Shown here piece by piece: positions 52,855 to 64,000 of a stretch of 64,000 bases of DNA (positions within the stretch are counted from its first letter, which is position 1; every line of letters starts with the position of its first letter). Source of the stretch: an uncultured Phycisphaerales bacterium (GTDB lineage Bacteria > Planctomycetota > Phycisphaerae > Tepidisphaerales > Tepidisphaeraceae). The DNA lies in assembly GCA_963758525.1 (NCBI GenBank), contig CAVWVQ010000003.1, positions 4,832,001 through 4,896,000 on the forward strand, in the 5' to 3' direction. The notes beneath the pieces were generated by a model, which was not told the DNA's origin, made no database searches, and saw only the letters and a program-made list of their open reading frames with translations. Position numbers and translations under genes: made by a program.

Positions 52855-55508
52855 ATGCGTTTCGATAAATTCACACTCAAGGCTCAGGAAGCGGTGCAGG
52901 GCGCTCAGGAACTGGCCCAGCAACGCAATCACGCCGAGATTTTGCCGATTCATTTGCTCGCCGCGTTGCTCAACGAAACAGAAGGAGTGATGCGGCCCCT
53001 GTTGCAGAAGATCGGTGCCGACCCGGGCCGGATCGCACAGGCGGTTGACTCGGAACTGGATCGTCTGCCCAGCGCCACGGGAACGCAGCTCGGAATGGCG
53101 CGGGCTGCGCAGGATGTCTTCACGCAGGCGCAGAAGGAAGCGGATCGGCTGAAAGACGAATACGTTTCCACGGAGCATCTGCTCTTATCACTCACTCAGA
53201 CCAAGAGTTCGGCGCGAGATATTCTTTCGTCGAACTCCGTTGACCATGCGGCAATCCTTGGAGCCCTCAAAGACATTCGCGGCGGGCAGCGCGTCACCGA
53301 CCAAAATCCCGAAGACAAATATCAGGCATTGCAGCGCTATGGACGCGATTTGGTGGAAATGGCCCGATTGGGAAAAATCGACCCGGTCATCGGGCGCGAC
53401 GACGAAATCCGCCGCACGATGCAGGTGCTGGCACGGCGAACCAAAAACAATCCCGTGCTGATCGGCGAGCCTGGAGTGGGGAAGACCGCGATTGTCGAAG
53501 GCCTCGCCATTCGCATGCTCAACGGGGACGTGCCGACGGTGCTCAAGAACAAGCGGGTCATCGCGCTGGATATGGGAGCATTGATCGCCGGCGCCAAATT
53601 CCGCGGCGAGTTCGAGGATCGGCTCAAGGCCGTCATCAAAGAGGTGACGCAGAGTGACGGCAACGTAATTCTCTTCATCGATGAATTGCATACGGTCGTC
53701 GGCGCCGGAAAGGCCGAGGGCTCGATGGACGCCGGCAACCTGCTCAAGCCGGCGCTGTGCGCGGCGAGCTCCGCACCATCGGCGCCACGACGCTCGATGA
53801 ATATCAGAAGCACATCAGCAAGGACGCGGCTCTGGAGCGCCGATTCCAGCCGATCACCGTCGACCAGCCGAGCGTCGAAGACACCATCGCGATCCTGCGC
53901 GGCTTGAAGCAGCGCTACGAATCGCACCATGGCGTCCGCATCACTGACAGCGCCATCGTCTCGGCGGCGGTATTGTCGGATCGATACATCACCGAGCGCT
54001 TTCTGCCCGACAAGGCAATCGACCTCATCGACGAAGCGGCTTCCCGTCTGCGCATCGAGAACGATTCGATGCCCGCCGAGCTGGACGAAATTCGCCGGCG
54101 GATGATGCAATTGCAGATCGAGCTGGAAGCGCTGCGTAAGGAAAAAGATCCCGCTTCACGCCAACAGGCCGCAAAGGCAGAGAGAGAACTTGCCGAACTG
54201 CAGGAGAAGAACACCGCTCTCAGCGCCCGCTGGGAGAGCGAGAAAGGGGCGATGGACGCCATCAAGCAGTTGCAGGGGCAGCTCGATTCGAAGCAGACAG
54301 AGCTGGAGAACGCCCAGCGGTCCGGCAACTGGGAAGTGGCGGCGCGCATCCAATATGGCGAGCTTCGCGACATCAAATCGCGCATTGAACAGGCCGAGCA
54401 AAGGCTCCATGCGCTGCAGTCGGACGGCAACTCGCTGGTCCGTGATGAAGTGACTCCCGAGGAAATCGCCGGCGTTGTCTCCCGCTGGACCGGCGTTCCC
54501 GTCACTCGCATGCTCGAGGGAGAGCGCGAGAAACTCCTCAAGATGGAGGATCGGCTTGCTCATCGCGTGATCGGCCAGGAGACGGCGGTTCGCGCTGTCT
54601 CCGATGCGGTGCGCCGCAATCGCGCGGGGTTGGGCGATCCCAATCGACCGATCGGTTCGTTCATGTTTCTCGGCCCGACCGGCGTTGGCAAAACAGAATT
54701 GTGCAAGGCGCTTGCCGAGTTTCTGTTCGACGACGACAACGCGATGGTCCGGATCGACATGAGCGAGTTCATGGAGCAGCACTCCGTCGCTCGCCTGATC
54801 GGCGCGCCGCCCGGCTACGTGGGCTACGAAGAGGGCGGGCGACTGACGGAAGCGGTTCGTCGCCGGCCGTATGCGGTGATCCTCTTCGACGAAATCGAAA
54901 AGGCGCATCGCGACGTGTTCAACGTCCTGCTGCAGGTGCTGGATGACGGGCGGCTCACCGACGGCCAGGGCCGAACGGTCAATTTCAAGAACACCGTCAT
55001 TGTCATGACGAGCAACATCGGCTCGACTGAGATTCAGAAGCTGGCAACCCGCGAGGCGCCGGAATGGGAAGTTGAAGCCGCGGTCAAAGACCTGCTCAAG
55101 CAGCAGTTCCGCCCGGAGTTTCTCAACCGCATTGACGAAGTGATTCTCTTCCACAGTCTCAATAAGGAGCAACTCACCAAGATTGTCGACGTGCAGCTCG
55201 AGTCGCTTCGTAAACGGCTGGCGCAGCGAAACCTGAGCCTCTCAATCAGCGAATCGGCAAAGCGGCGATTGGCCGAAGAAGGGTACGATCCAACGTACGG
55301 CGCCAGGCCGTTGAAGCGGGTGATCCAGCAGCAGATTGAGAACCCGCTGGCATCCAAAATTCTCAACGGAGATTTCGCCGAGGGGTCGACGGTTTCAATC
55401 GATGCGAAGGACTCGGGTGCCTTTACCTTCTCGGTATTGCCGGCTCAGCACGACAAAGCCGAACCGGAACCGGCGGGGCATCGCCGTGTGAATCACGCGA
55501 CGACGTAG
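52855..55508 (+). CDS. clpB: Chaperone ClpB; frameshift near 53757
   Basis: Clp N-domain, GEPGVGKT, M-domain coiled coil, [25 protein letters not shown] junction is broken. Confidence 0.95.
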
Positions 55509-55562
55509 CATAGCCGTCTCGGCTGTGGCTTTGGGAAATCACAGCCGAGACGGCCGTGCTAC
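55505..55562. repeat. REP doublet overlapping the clpB stop codon
   Basis: GTAGCATAGCCGTCTCGGCTGTG ... CACAGCCGAGACGGCCGTGCTAC. Confidence 0.8.
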
Positions 55563-55681
55563 GGGACATTCGCCGTCCGTTCGCCCCGAAATCACGGCAC
55601 TCCGTAGATGGCACTGGGATTTGGATTGGTCGGCGGAAATCCGAGCCTTCGCAGTACTTCTGACTCGGCGTGACAGACGGA

Positions 55682-56074
55682 TTATTGATCGTCCGAACGA
55701 GGTGGCGCATCCGCCCGCGGCGGTACATCCGATGCAATCGATTCCCCCTTGGTTTCCCCCGCCTCGGTCTTCACTTTTCCCAGAATCTGGGCCGCCGATT
55801 CGATAAACAGCCGGCCACCGAGATTGATCGCGTCGCCGGCGACGATGCCGGTGACAATGACCTTGGCGCGCTCATGAACGGTGAGGTTGCCGCTAACGCT
55901 GCCGAAGATGTGTACCCGGCCGTCGCGTTCGACGTCGAGGTTGCCGTAGATCACGCCGCGAAGATAAAACTTGGAGCCCCTGATGGCACGCACGTTTCCC
56001 GCGATCGATCCCCAAAGCGTTACCGGCTCATCGATCGTCGCGTCTCCCAGTAGATGATGCATCTCATTCCGCAT
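55682..56074 (-). CDS. Bactofilin-like (polymer-forming) beta-helical protein
   Basis: Repeating (I/V)xGx(I/V)xGN(L/V) pattern. Confidence 0.6.
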   Translation of the reverse strand: MRNEMHHLLGDATIDEPVTLWGSIAGNVRAIRGSKFYLRGVIYGNLDVERDGRVHIFGSVSGNLTVHERAKVIVTGIVAGDAINLGGRLFIESAAQILGKVKTEAGETKGESIASDVPPRADAPPRSDDQ

Positions 56075-56102
56075 GAGGCCCAGATGTGGTGGAACAAGGG
56101 AC

Positions 56103-56936
56103 CTAAGGCCCCACCCCGGTTACGTTGACTTGCATCTCCGACTCGCCCAACGCGAATCTGAGGCCGCGGCTGCTCCGCGCCTGAATCATCAGCAGCAGAA
56201 TGATTGCCAGCGTTGGGAAGCCGATGAAGCGCGCCCATTTGAGTGATGCGAACAACGTGTTGGTGGTCGGGAAGTCATAGTCGCGCGCGAGTTCGGGCCA
56301 GGTGTAGAGCACGCCGGGGATTCGTACGTCGGGCATCGCGTTGGCAACCGAGCTGGGCGCACTTTCGGCTGCCCCCGCATCGATCAGCGCGGCGGCCGCC
56401 GATGCGTCGGTGGCGATCACTTCGCCGGAGACGTGCCCGCGCCAATCGCGCTGCAGACGGATCGTGCGCAGCTCGCCGTTCAACAGCGACTGCCACGGAA
56501 TCAACATCGCCATCAAGACCACGCACCAGACAAAAGCGGACGTGACGTGTGTTACCCCAACCAGTCTTCCGACCAGCATGATGGTCACGATGAGCAACAG
56601 CATCACGGCCAGCACCAGCACCAGGGTGATGCAGCAAAAATCGGTGGCGCCAACCAGGAAGCGAACGGCCGGAGCGGCCAGACGCTGCCCCGTGGTTGGC
56701 TCCGCGGGGGTCGGCTGAATCAGCGCGACCTGCGTGGTGGATGTGGAGCCGCCTGCCGACTCAATCGTTGCCGTCAGATGCACGGCAGTGACAAAGCGAG
56801 CGACCAGAAAGATGGCAATCTGCAGCAGCAGCAAAAGCAGAAGCAACAGAAACACGCAATTCTTCGCCCGCCGCGCCACCAGCATGGCATCGGCATAATC
56901 CGCGGCAACGGCCAGCGGCGCGGTCTGTGTAATCAT
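56103..56936 (-). CDS. Hypothetical membrane protein (about four TM helices)
   Basis: Hydrophobic segments in a long ORF. Confidence 0.6.
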   Translation of the reverse strand: MITQTAPLAVAADYADAMLVARRAKNCVFLLLLLLLLLQIAIFLVARFVTAVHLTATIESAGGSTSTTQVALIQPTPAEPTTGQRLAAPAVRFLVGATDFCCITLVLVLAVMLLLIVTIMLVGRLVGVTHVTSAFVWCVVLMAMLIPWQSLLNGELRTIRLQRDWRGHVSGEVIATDASAAAALIDAGAAESAPSSVANAMPDVRIPGVLYTWPELARDYDFPTTNTLFASLKWARFIGFPTLAIILLLMIQARSSRGLRFALGESEMQVNVTGVGP

Positions 56937-57159
56937 GCGGCGTATCCTTTCCTGATCGTCTTCTTCCGTAGTTAACGTAAATACGCCGGCTTCGCAATTC
57001 GGCAAATCGCATTGGCAGCCGCGGCGCGCACGAACTCCAGGCCAGGTTCATTCAAGGCAACACCGTGCCTTCTGCGACGCTCGCATCGCTCGCACTTCAT
57101 CCGATCACGGATTGATCGATTGACGAATGCCCACGCCGGTCTTCAATCACAACGCGATT

Positions 57160-58143
57160 TCATCCGGCAAGTGCCTTTCGAACCACCGCTCGCATCTTCT
57201 CAATTCCCTCCTTCGCCACCTTCACCGGACTCCGTTTCCAATAATCGCGGTTGAACAGTTCCAGCGAGAGATGTCCGCGGAAGCCGGCGTCTCTCATGTT
57301 GCGGAGTATGTCCGAAAGCGGGGCGATTCCGTCGCCGGGGAAGACTCGATGGGCGTCGGTGATCGTCTCGCGCGGCGGATTCGCGGGGTAGTCGTTCATG
57401 TGAATGACATGAACCGCGGCGGCCGAGAGCAAACGCAGACCGTTTGGATCGGAGCCGCCTTTGTAGAGGTGGTAGACATCGGGAAGAATGCAGGCTTTGG
57501 GATGGCCGCTGTCGATGGCGATCATCGCCGCTTCGCTCAGCTTGCGCAGGTTTTTGGACGGTCCCCAGAATTCCGCCTCGGGGATGACGCCCATCTGATC
57601 GCCCAGATCGCAGATCGCGCGGTATCGCTTCGCCGCGTCGAGGAGACTGATTTGGGGATCCTTGGTTCCGTTCGCGCCCACTGGCGGGGCAGCGATGCGT
57701 TTCCCGCCGATTTGGGCGACGGTGTCCATGTCCCGCTTCATCTGCTCCAGACCCTTCGCGCGGGCCGAGTCGTCGTCGACGATCCAAGGCGCAAAGCCGA
57801 TGGCGCTCTCGACAGTCATTCCCAGATCGGCAATGCGCTTGCCCAGATCCTTGAGCGAACCGCCTGACTTTCCATACGCATCGAGTTCGCGAAGCCACGG
57901 CTCGATTGCCCCAAACCCGGCTTCGGCGGCGATCTCCACGACTTTGACGATGCCGAGGTTCTGACCGCTGATGGTGCTGGTGTTCAGGCAATACCCGAAT
58001 GGTTCGTCCGCTGGGCGCGTGGATGGACTGTTCTGCGCCTGGACGTCCGCGCCGCCAATGGATGTCCCCGCGGCAACCGCGCCGGCGATGAGGAACTGTC
58101 TTCTCGAAGTGCAACTGTTGGAGTTCGGGAAGTTGGGCATCAT
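57160..58143 (-). CDS. Tat-exported sugar phosphate isomerase/epimerase (xylose isomerase-like TIM barrel)
   Basis: SRRQFL Tat motif, LNTSTI, DVYHL, IHMND, RVFPGDG, SLELFN. Confidence 0.88.
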   Translation of the reverse strand: MMPNFPNSNSCTSRRQFLIAGAVAAGTSIGGADVQAQNSPSTRPADEPFGYCLNTSTISGQNLGIVKVVEIAAEAGFGAIEPWLRELDAYGKSGGSLKDLGKRIADLGMTVESAIGFAPWIVDDDSARAKGLEQMKRDMDTVAQIGGKRIAAPPVGANGTKDPQISLLDAAKRYRAICDLGDQMGVIPEAEFWGPSKNLRKLSEAAMIAIDSGHPKACILPDVYHLYKGGSDPNGLRLLSAAAVHVIHMNDYPANPPRETITDAHRVFPGDGIAPLSDILRNMRDAGFRGHLSLELFNRDYWKRSPVKVAKEGIEKMRAVVRKALAG

Positions 58144-58314
58144 ACCTCTGGTTCGAGTGTTCTAACGAGCGGGTAGCGTAACCATTGCACGGGCGTGCGC
58201 GAATTTCCGGGGAGCGTCTTCTTCGCCTATTCGCGTACCGGGTGCTTGCAAATGCTCGCGGGCAATCCAACAATCCTGTTTTGCACAAAAGGTACCAGAC
58301 CGGAGTTTCCCCCC

Positions 58315-58743
58315 ATGGCTGAATTGCATATCGACACCGATTGGAAAAAGCAGGCGCAGGAAGAAAAGAAGAAGCTGGCGGAGCAGGCGCAGAAGCGCGC
58401 CGCCGAGACACAGGGGCCGCTTGCGGCTTCTCCAGCAGGCGCGGGCGGTAGGCCCGGTGCAGGACCCACAGGGAAGCGCGGCGCCCGGGAGCTCCCCGAG
58501 GCGAGCTTCACGACGGTCGTGCAAGGCGTCGTCACGCAGGCGCTGTATTACATGGGAGGCCTGGCGATGCAGGGCGCCGAACCTACCGTTAATCTGGACA
58601 TGGCCAAACATCAGTTGGATACGCTGGCGGTGCTCGAGGCCAAGACAAAGAACAACCTCACGCCCGAGGAGCAGAAAATGCTCGACGAGGCGATGTATGA
58701 GGCGCAGATGCGCTTCGTGGGAATCGCGTCGGAATATGTCTGA
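58315..58743 (+). CDS. DUF1844 domain protein
   Basis: HIDTDWK, LPEASF, AKHQLDTL..L..KTKNNLT.EE. Confidence 0.8.
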   Translation: MAELHIDTDWKKQAQEEKKKLAEQAQKRAAETQGPLAASPAGAGGRPGAGPTGKRGARELPEASFTTVVQGVVTQALYYMGGLAMQGAEPTVNLDMAKHQLDTLAVLEAKTKNNLTPEEQKMLDEAMYEAQMRFVGIASEYV

Positions 58744-58787
58744 CGAGGTGCGTTAGAGCAGATTTTCCGCTTGGAGTGGCGGCCATT

Positions 58788-58842
58788 GTGGTGCGGGCTT
58801 CCAGCCTGCTGCTCAGAGGCAGGCTGGAAGCCTGCAGCACAC
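58788..58842. repeat. REP doublet (GCGGGCTTCCAGCCTGC family)
   Basis: GTGGTGCGGGCTTCCAGCCTGC ... GCAGGCTGGAAGCCTGC; half copy near 28750. Confidence 0.7.
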
Positions 58843-58875
58843 CGCCACATCAGTCATCAAAATGCTGCAGGCGCA

Positions 58876-61325
58876 ATGAATTCTATGAAAGCTCTCGCCT
58901 TTTTGCTCCCTCTTTTTTCGTTGGCTCTGCTCACATCGGCTGGCGAGCAAGATCTGAAGCTCTGGTACGACAAGCCCGCAACGAATTGGAACGAGGCGTT
59001 GCCGATCGGCAACGGACGACTCGGCGCGATGGTGTTTGGTGAAACAGCCGGCGAGCATCTTCAACTCAACGAAGACACGCTGGTTTCCGGTTATCCCGGG
59101 TATCGCGACCTTCACCTCGATATCCGCAAGGACTTCCCTGGGGTCACCGAGCTGATCTCCCGCCGGGAATTCGCCGAGGCCGGCGACGTGATCACGAAGA
59201 ATTGGCTGGGCTCCGCATGGGCATGCTACCAGCCGCTGGGTGATCTGTTCGTCGACTTTGACGAGAAGGGACATGCGGAGAAGTACACGCGCGAGCTCGA
59301 TCTCCAGAATTCAATTTGCAGGGTCCGGTACGAAGTCGGTGGAGTGACATTCACTCGCGAAATCTTCGCGAGTCATCCCGACCAGGCCATTGTGCTCCGG
59401 CTTTCCGCGGATAAGCCGGGGAAGTTAAACTTTCGCGTTCGACTGACCTCGCCGCATCCGGTCACGGTCCAGGCAGACTCTTCGCAGCTTACGATGAAGG
59501 GACAACTTCCCGGGCTGGTGGTGCGTCGCACGCTCGACTGGATCGAGAAGAAAGGGGACACGTGGAAGTATCCGCAACTCTGGGACAAGAAAGGGAAGCG
59601 GCTGCCAAATGCGAGTCAGGTGATCTACGACGGCCGTGGCTTATTCTTCGACGCTCGCCTGAAGATCGCGGCATCTGGTGGCAAGGTGTCGGCGGAGAAA
59701 GACGCGCTGGCCGTCAGCGGCGCGGATGAGGCGGTCATCGTCTACAGCGCTGCCTCAAGCTATGGCGGGTTTCAGCAGCCGCAGATCGACGCTTCTCAAA
59801 AGGCAGATGGTTTCCTTCAGAGTGCGGCAAAGCTCGATTACTCCGAGCTGTTGAACCGGCACGTTGCGGACTACCACAGCTTGTTCAATCGCGTCGCACT
59901 GGACCTGGGCAAACAAACTGATTTGCCCACGGACGAGCGGCTGAACAAGCCGGATCCGTCGCTGGCGGCCTTGTATTTTCAGTTCGGCAGGTACTTGATG
60001 ATCTCCGGTTCACGGCCGGGCGGGCAGCCGTTGAACCTGCAGGGGATTTGGAATGACCAGGTGGTTGCGCCGTGGGCGTGCCAGTATACGCTCAACATCA
60101 ATCTCGAGATGAACTACTGGCCGGCGGAAGAGTGCAATCTTTCTGAATGCACTGAGCCGTTGTTGCGGATGATTGGGGAGCTTGCCGTCAACGGTCGTAA
60201 GGTCGCGCATGACATGTACGGCAGGCGCGGCTGGGTCGTGCATCACAACACGACTCTCTGGCGCGATTGTGAACCGGTGGACAACGTCGCCCAGGTCGCC
60301 TTCTGGCCGATGGGGAGCGGCTGGCTCTGCCAGCATCTTTTCGAGCATTATCGCTTTACGGACGATCGAAGTTTTCTGCAGAATCAGGCGTATCCGCTGA
60401 TGAAAGACGCCAGCCTTTTTTATCTCGACTGGCTCGTGGATAACGGCAAAGGCCAACTCGTCACGCCGATCAGCAGCTCCCCTGAAAACCAATTCTTCTA
60501 CACCGATTCCAAAGGGAAGAAGACGCGCGGCAGCATCAGCGCGGGAAGCTCAATGGACATGGAGATCATTCATGATCTTTTCGCCAACACGCTTCAGTCA
60601 GCCGAGATCCTCGATACCGACGCCGATTTTCGCGCCAGCTCGCGGGCGCGCTGGGGAAACTGCTGCCGCTTCAGATTGGCTCGGGGGGCCAGCTTCAGGA
60701 GTGGCAGGAAGACTTTGCCCAGACCGATCCGCAGCATCGCCACGTCTCCCATCTCTTTGCCCTCTATCCCGGCGATCAGATCACGGTGAAGACGCCCGAT
60801 CTGTTTAACGCCGCCCGCGCTTCCCTCCTGGCGCGGGGCGATGTTGGCACCGGCTGGTCGCTGGGATGGAAGATCAATCTGTGGGCACGCCTGCTCGACG
60901 GCGACCACGCCGCCCTGATTCTTGCGAATCAGCTCAGCGTACCGGGGAGCCATGGCTCCACGTTTGAATCGGGAGGCGGAACTTACCCCAATCTCTTTGA
61001 CGCTCATCCACCGTTTCAGATCGACGGGAACTTCGGCGGCACCGCCGGGATCACGGAGATGCTCCTCCAGTCACAAGAGCAAGAAAACGACAAGCAGAGT
61101 TCTCCTGCGTTGCCACCGTCCTACATTGTGGCGATTCTTCCCGCATTACCCTCGTCATGGCCGAACGGATCTGTGACAGGCCTGCAGGCCAGAGGCGGCC
61201 TGTCAGTGGACATCGCGTGGAAGAACGGCAAGGTCGTCTCGTATCGCATTTCCGCAAAGACGCCGCGGAAGGTGAAAGCTCGAATCAACGGGGTGGTGCA
61301 GGAGGTGATGGCGGAGCAGAGCTGA
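58876..61325 (+). CDS. GH95 alpha-L-fucosidase; frameshift near 60645
   Basis: EALPIGNGRLGAM, QFGRYLMIS, NLQGIW, NINLEMNYW, HPPFQIDGNFG. Confidence 0.92.
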
Positions 61326-61345
61326 CTTCCCCGGCTGCGTCTTGC

Positions 61346-61463
61346 CCCCTCGCCCGGTACTCCGGGAGAGGGCGGGGGTGAGGGTGATTTTCCGATCCTC
61401 CAGCGCCGCTGGTGCTCGAAATCACCCTCACCCTAACCCTCTCCCGGAGTACCGGGCGAGGGG
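61346..61463. repeat. Long palindromic intergenic repeat, with a partial second copy at 61626-61664
   Basis: CCCCTCGCCCGGTACTCCGGGAGAGGG...GTGAGGGTGATTT / AAATCACCCTCAC...CCCTCTCCCGGAGTACCGGGCGAGGGG. Confidence 0.85.
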
Positions 61464-61729
61464 ACCAGAGGCGGTCATTCCGTTTGCGCAGTGCTCTCGG
61501 TGCAATGCGCAACCCGCGATGGCAGCTGTGGAACTGACATCTTCATCAGGCCAGGGCTTGGGTGGAGACGGACTTAATTGCCCGAAGGTGAATCGTGCCC
61601 GAAGCTCTGCCTCTCACGAACCAGCCCCCACCCTAACCCTCCCCCGGAGTACCAAGGGAGGGGAAGATGCCGCCGAAGCGTTCCGCACCCGCTTTTCACG
61701 AGCGGTGTCGGATTCGCCTTCCTCCGAAA

Positions 61730-64000
61730 TCATGGGTGACTGGTAAATTGCCGTGCCCATTCCATCGTGGTGATGATATTGATCGCCCATTGCGCGACGC
61801 CCGGCGTGTTGACGCCATGAATCTCCCGTACCGGTTCGGGAACAACCGAACCCTCAATCAAAGCGGGAGTTGCGGGAAATCGCTCTTGGCCATCCTGTTT
61901 TAAGCTGGCGAGAAGAAGATTCCATGCCTGGCTCTTCAGAGCGGGGTCGTGCAATAGATTCGCTGCGTAGGCGCACATTCGCATCTTTGTGTAGCCCTTC
62001 CATTTTGGGTTGGTTGCCCAATTGGTGCAGAGGAGGTTCCAGGCCTTCTCAAACGACGGACAGGGGATCAGATTGATCAGATCCATCGCAATTTGATCGC
62101 CGCCAAAGAGGTCGAGGAACTCGCCAGCGGGATTGTTGGGTGCGCCGATATCGAAAAGTTGCTTGGTGTGCGAGTCGTAGCGAAAGGCCTGAAACGTGAC
62201 GAACTCCTGCGGCATCGATCCGATGCACTTCATTCCGGTCAGCACATAGTCGCGATATTGCACGTTGCCGGTGCGTTCCCATTCGGTCATCCAGTTGCTG
62301 GCAAATGCGAGCCAGTCGGGACCGACGCGCACCAGTGGCGTGGTTCCCCGCGTGACCTCTTTTCGCAGCGGCTGGATGCGATCCACCGTTTGATCGACGT
62401 CCAGAGTTTCGCGCATCAAGTCGCCGGTTCGTTCATCGGTGGTGAGGTAATAAAAGAAACGCTTCAGGAAGGATTCGCTGATGCGCGCTTCCTGGCGCCG
62501 CATCCCCAGTGGCTCACGTTATGGCGCGATCCAAGACCAACGAACCGCCCCATGTGATAGACGTCGACTTCGCTGGTGTTGCGCGTCATCGCCTCGGCGA
62601 ATCGAAACGCATCCGCGCTCCCCGTGCGCAGGAAAGTAAACCAGAGCCAGGCGTTGGGCATCAGTTCAGTGTTGTTCCAGGCGTGTCCGCCAATGTCGTA
62701 CATCCATTCGTGGCGAAGATCGTCGTAGGTCCGCATGACGTCCCCGAAGTCCCAGAATCCGTACCAGCGGCGACGCTCCACTTCTCCGCGGAAGAACTCT
62801 AACGCCCGCTTGAGTTGCTCCTCGGCGGTCGCGCAATCGGCGGAGGAGCCGTCGGGAAGACTCCATACGCCCAAGGTGCGAGTTGAATGGTAGTACTCAG
62901 GGTCACAGACGAGCAGGGGAGGTTCGTTGGCGGTCTTTGCCAGGAGCGCGAGCGCAGCATTTTCGGGCGTCTCGGTCAGCGCCCACAGCACAAGCTCATT
63001 GGTGTTGGCCACGCCGGTCGGAGTGCTGAAGCCTTCGGTGAAGTCTTCGTAGGAAATTTTCCCATCGTGGCCGATCGTGTCGTAATGGCGCAGGTCCATC
63101 GCCGGTGCGTCGGGGGACCAGAACCAGACATTCAGTTCGCCCGCCGGCTTCGTAGCGCCGTTGATCTCGAGTGCGGAAGGGAACTTCTGCCAGAACCGTC
63201 GCACACCAACGGCGAGCCCGCCGGACACATCGCCGAGAAAAACGCATCCCTTTGCGCGGCTGCCATGGAACACCGGGAGCCAGGAGCTGGGCGTACCGGT
63301 GCGCTTGTGGAGCGCGAAGGAGTCGGGGGCGAGTTGGGAAAGGTTAAAGCCATCCCAAACCGCGACAGACTCAAACGCCGCCTTGTTCTTTTCGCCGAGC
63401 GCGTCGAGATTCGCAATCCGTTTTCCCGCGAGCTGGTCCGCATTCATCGCCCGCGCGCCCTTCACCAGCGCCTCGCGATACCCCGGGCTCATCCGAACCG
63501 GCTCCCCCCAGACGCCGTCGTCGTCGGCGGCAAAACGGATGTGCCGGTTCTGCATTTCCTCGCGAAACGGCACGGTGAATGCCATTCCCAGCCCGCGGAT
63601 AAAGTCCATTCGAGCGTCGCCGTCAAAGACGAAGGAGTGCACGATCTTGATCGAGTTGAGCCCCGCGGTGAAGTACAGGCGAACGGTGAACGGCAGCCAT
63701 TGCCGCGCGGGGTCGGAGGAGGCGTGCATTCCTTCGAGCTTGATCACTGCCCGGACCGGTCCGCTCTGTTCGACGGTCACTTTTTGCAACAGGCTCGTGA
63801 AGGCTTCCTGACGCACCCAACCTTCGGCTTCCTTGGAACGATCTTCGCGAATTGCGATGAGTCGGCCGTTACGCCCGATCTCTCGTCCGTCGATCGACAG
63901 CGAAGCGATCAGGTTGCTGCCCGCGCGGGATGGTGCAGAGCAGCCGGCCGGTCGAGATGTCGATCGAGCCCGTCGTCTCCTTCACCTGAACCGGTGACGT
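61730..64000 (-). CDS. YetA / PL26-like exo-rhamnogalacturonan lyase family protein; 5' end outside window; frameshift near 62490 and probably near 63940
   Basis: GPVRAVIK, MDLRHYD, WYGFWDFGD, AWNNTE, GLGSRHNVSHWG / EARIS motifs. Confidence 0.75.

Noticed and set aside
57055..57070. sigma54-like AGGCACGGTGTTGCC upstream of the 56936 gene
   Set aside because: Spacing is GG-N9-GC, one base short; cannot be supported without read correction

Overview
GC-rich bacterial chromosomal segment, most likely from a planctomycete (Phycisphaerae/Tepidisphaerales-like). This assignment is inferred from an LEPR-XLL-type extracellular protein, a planctomycete-style integrase and the repeat families. The left ~4.4 kb is the end of an integrative element (PrimPol, P-loop ATPase, small ORF, tyrosine integrase) abutting a tRNA-Glu(CTC). 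The rest is mostly core genome: nnrE, surE, rpiA, fabF-like, comB, an NtrC/histidine kinase pair, two clpP, sdhCA, truB, gmd/fcl/wcaF, metK, clpB, GH95 and a PL26-like lyase. Accessory items are a SdrD-repeat surface protein, two toxin-antitoxin pairs and an AAA ATPase/DUF4276 pair located where sdhB would be expected. The most notable feature is a maf - pseudo-radical-SAM - neuA - neuB - neuC operon. Its second gene fuses a degenerate cytidylyltransferase-like domain to a radical-SAM fold lacking all three CxxxCxxC cysteines but keeping SPASM cysteines. Candidate sigma54 and sigma28 promoters, several REP families and inverted short-tandem-repeat hairpins are visible. About eleven apparent frameshifts in otherwise intact genes most likely reflect long-read indel errors. 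All family calls come from motif recognition by eye, not from database searches.
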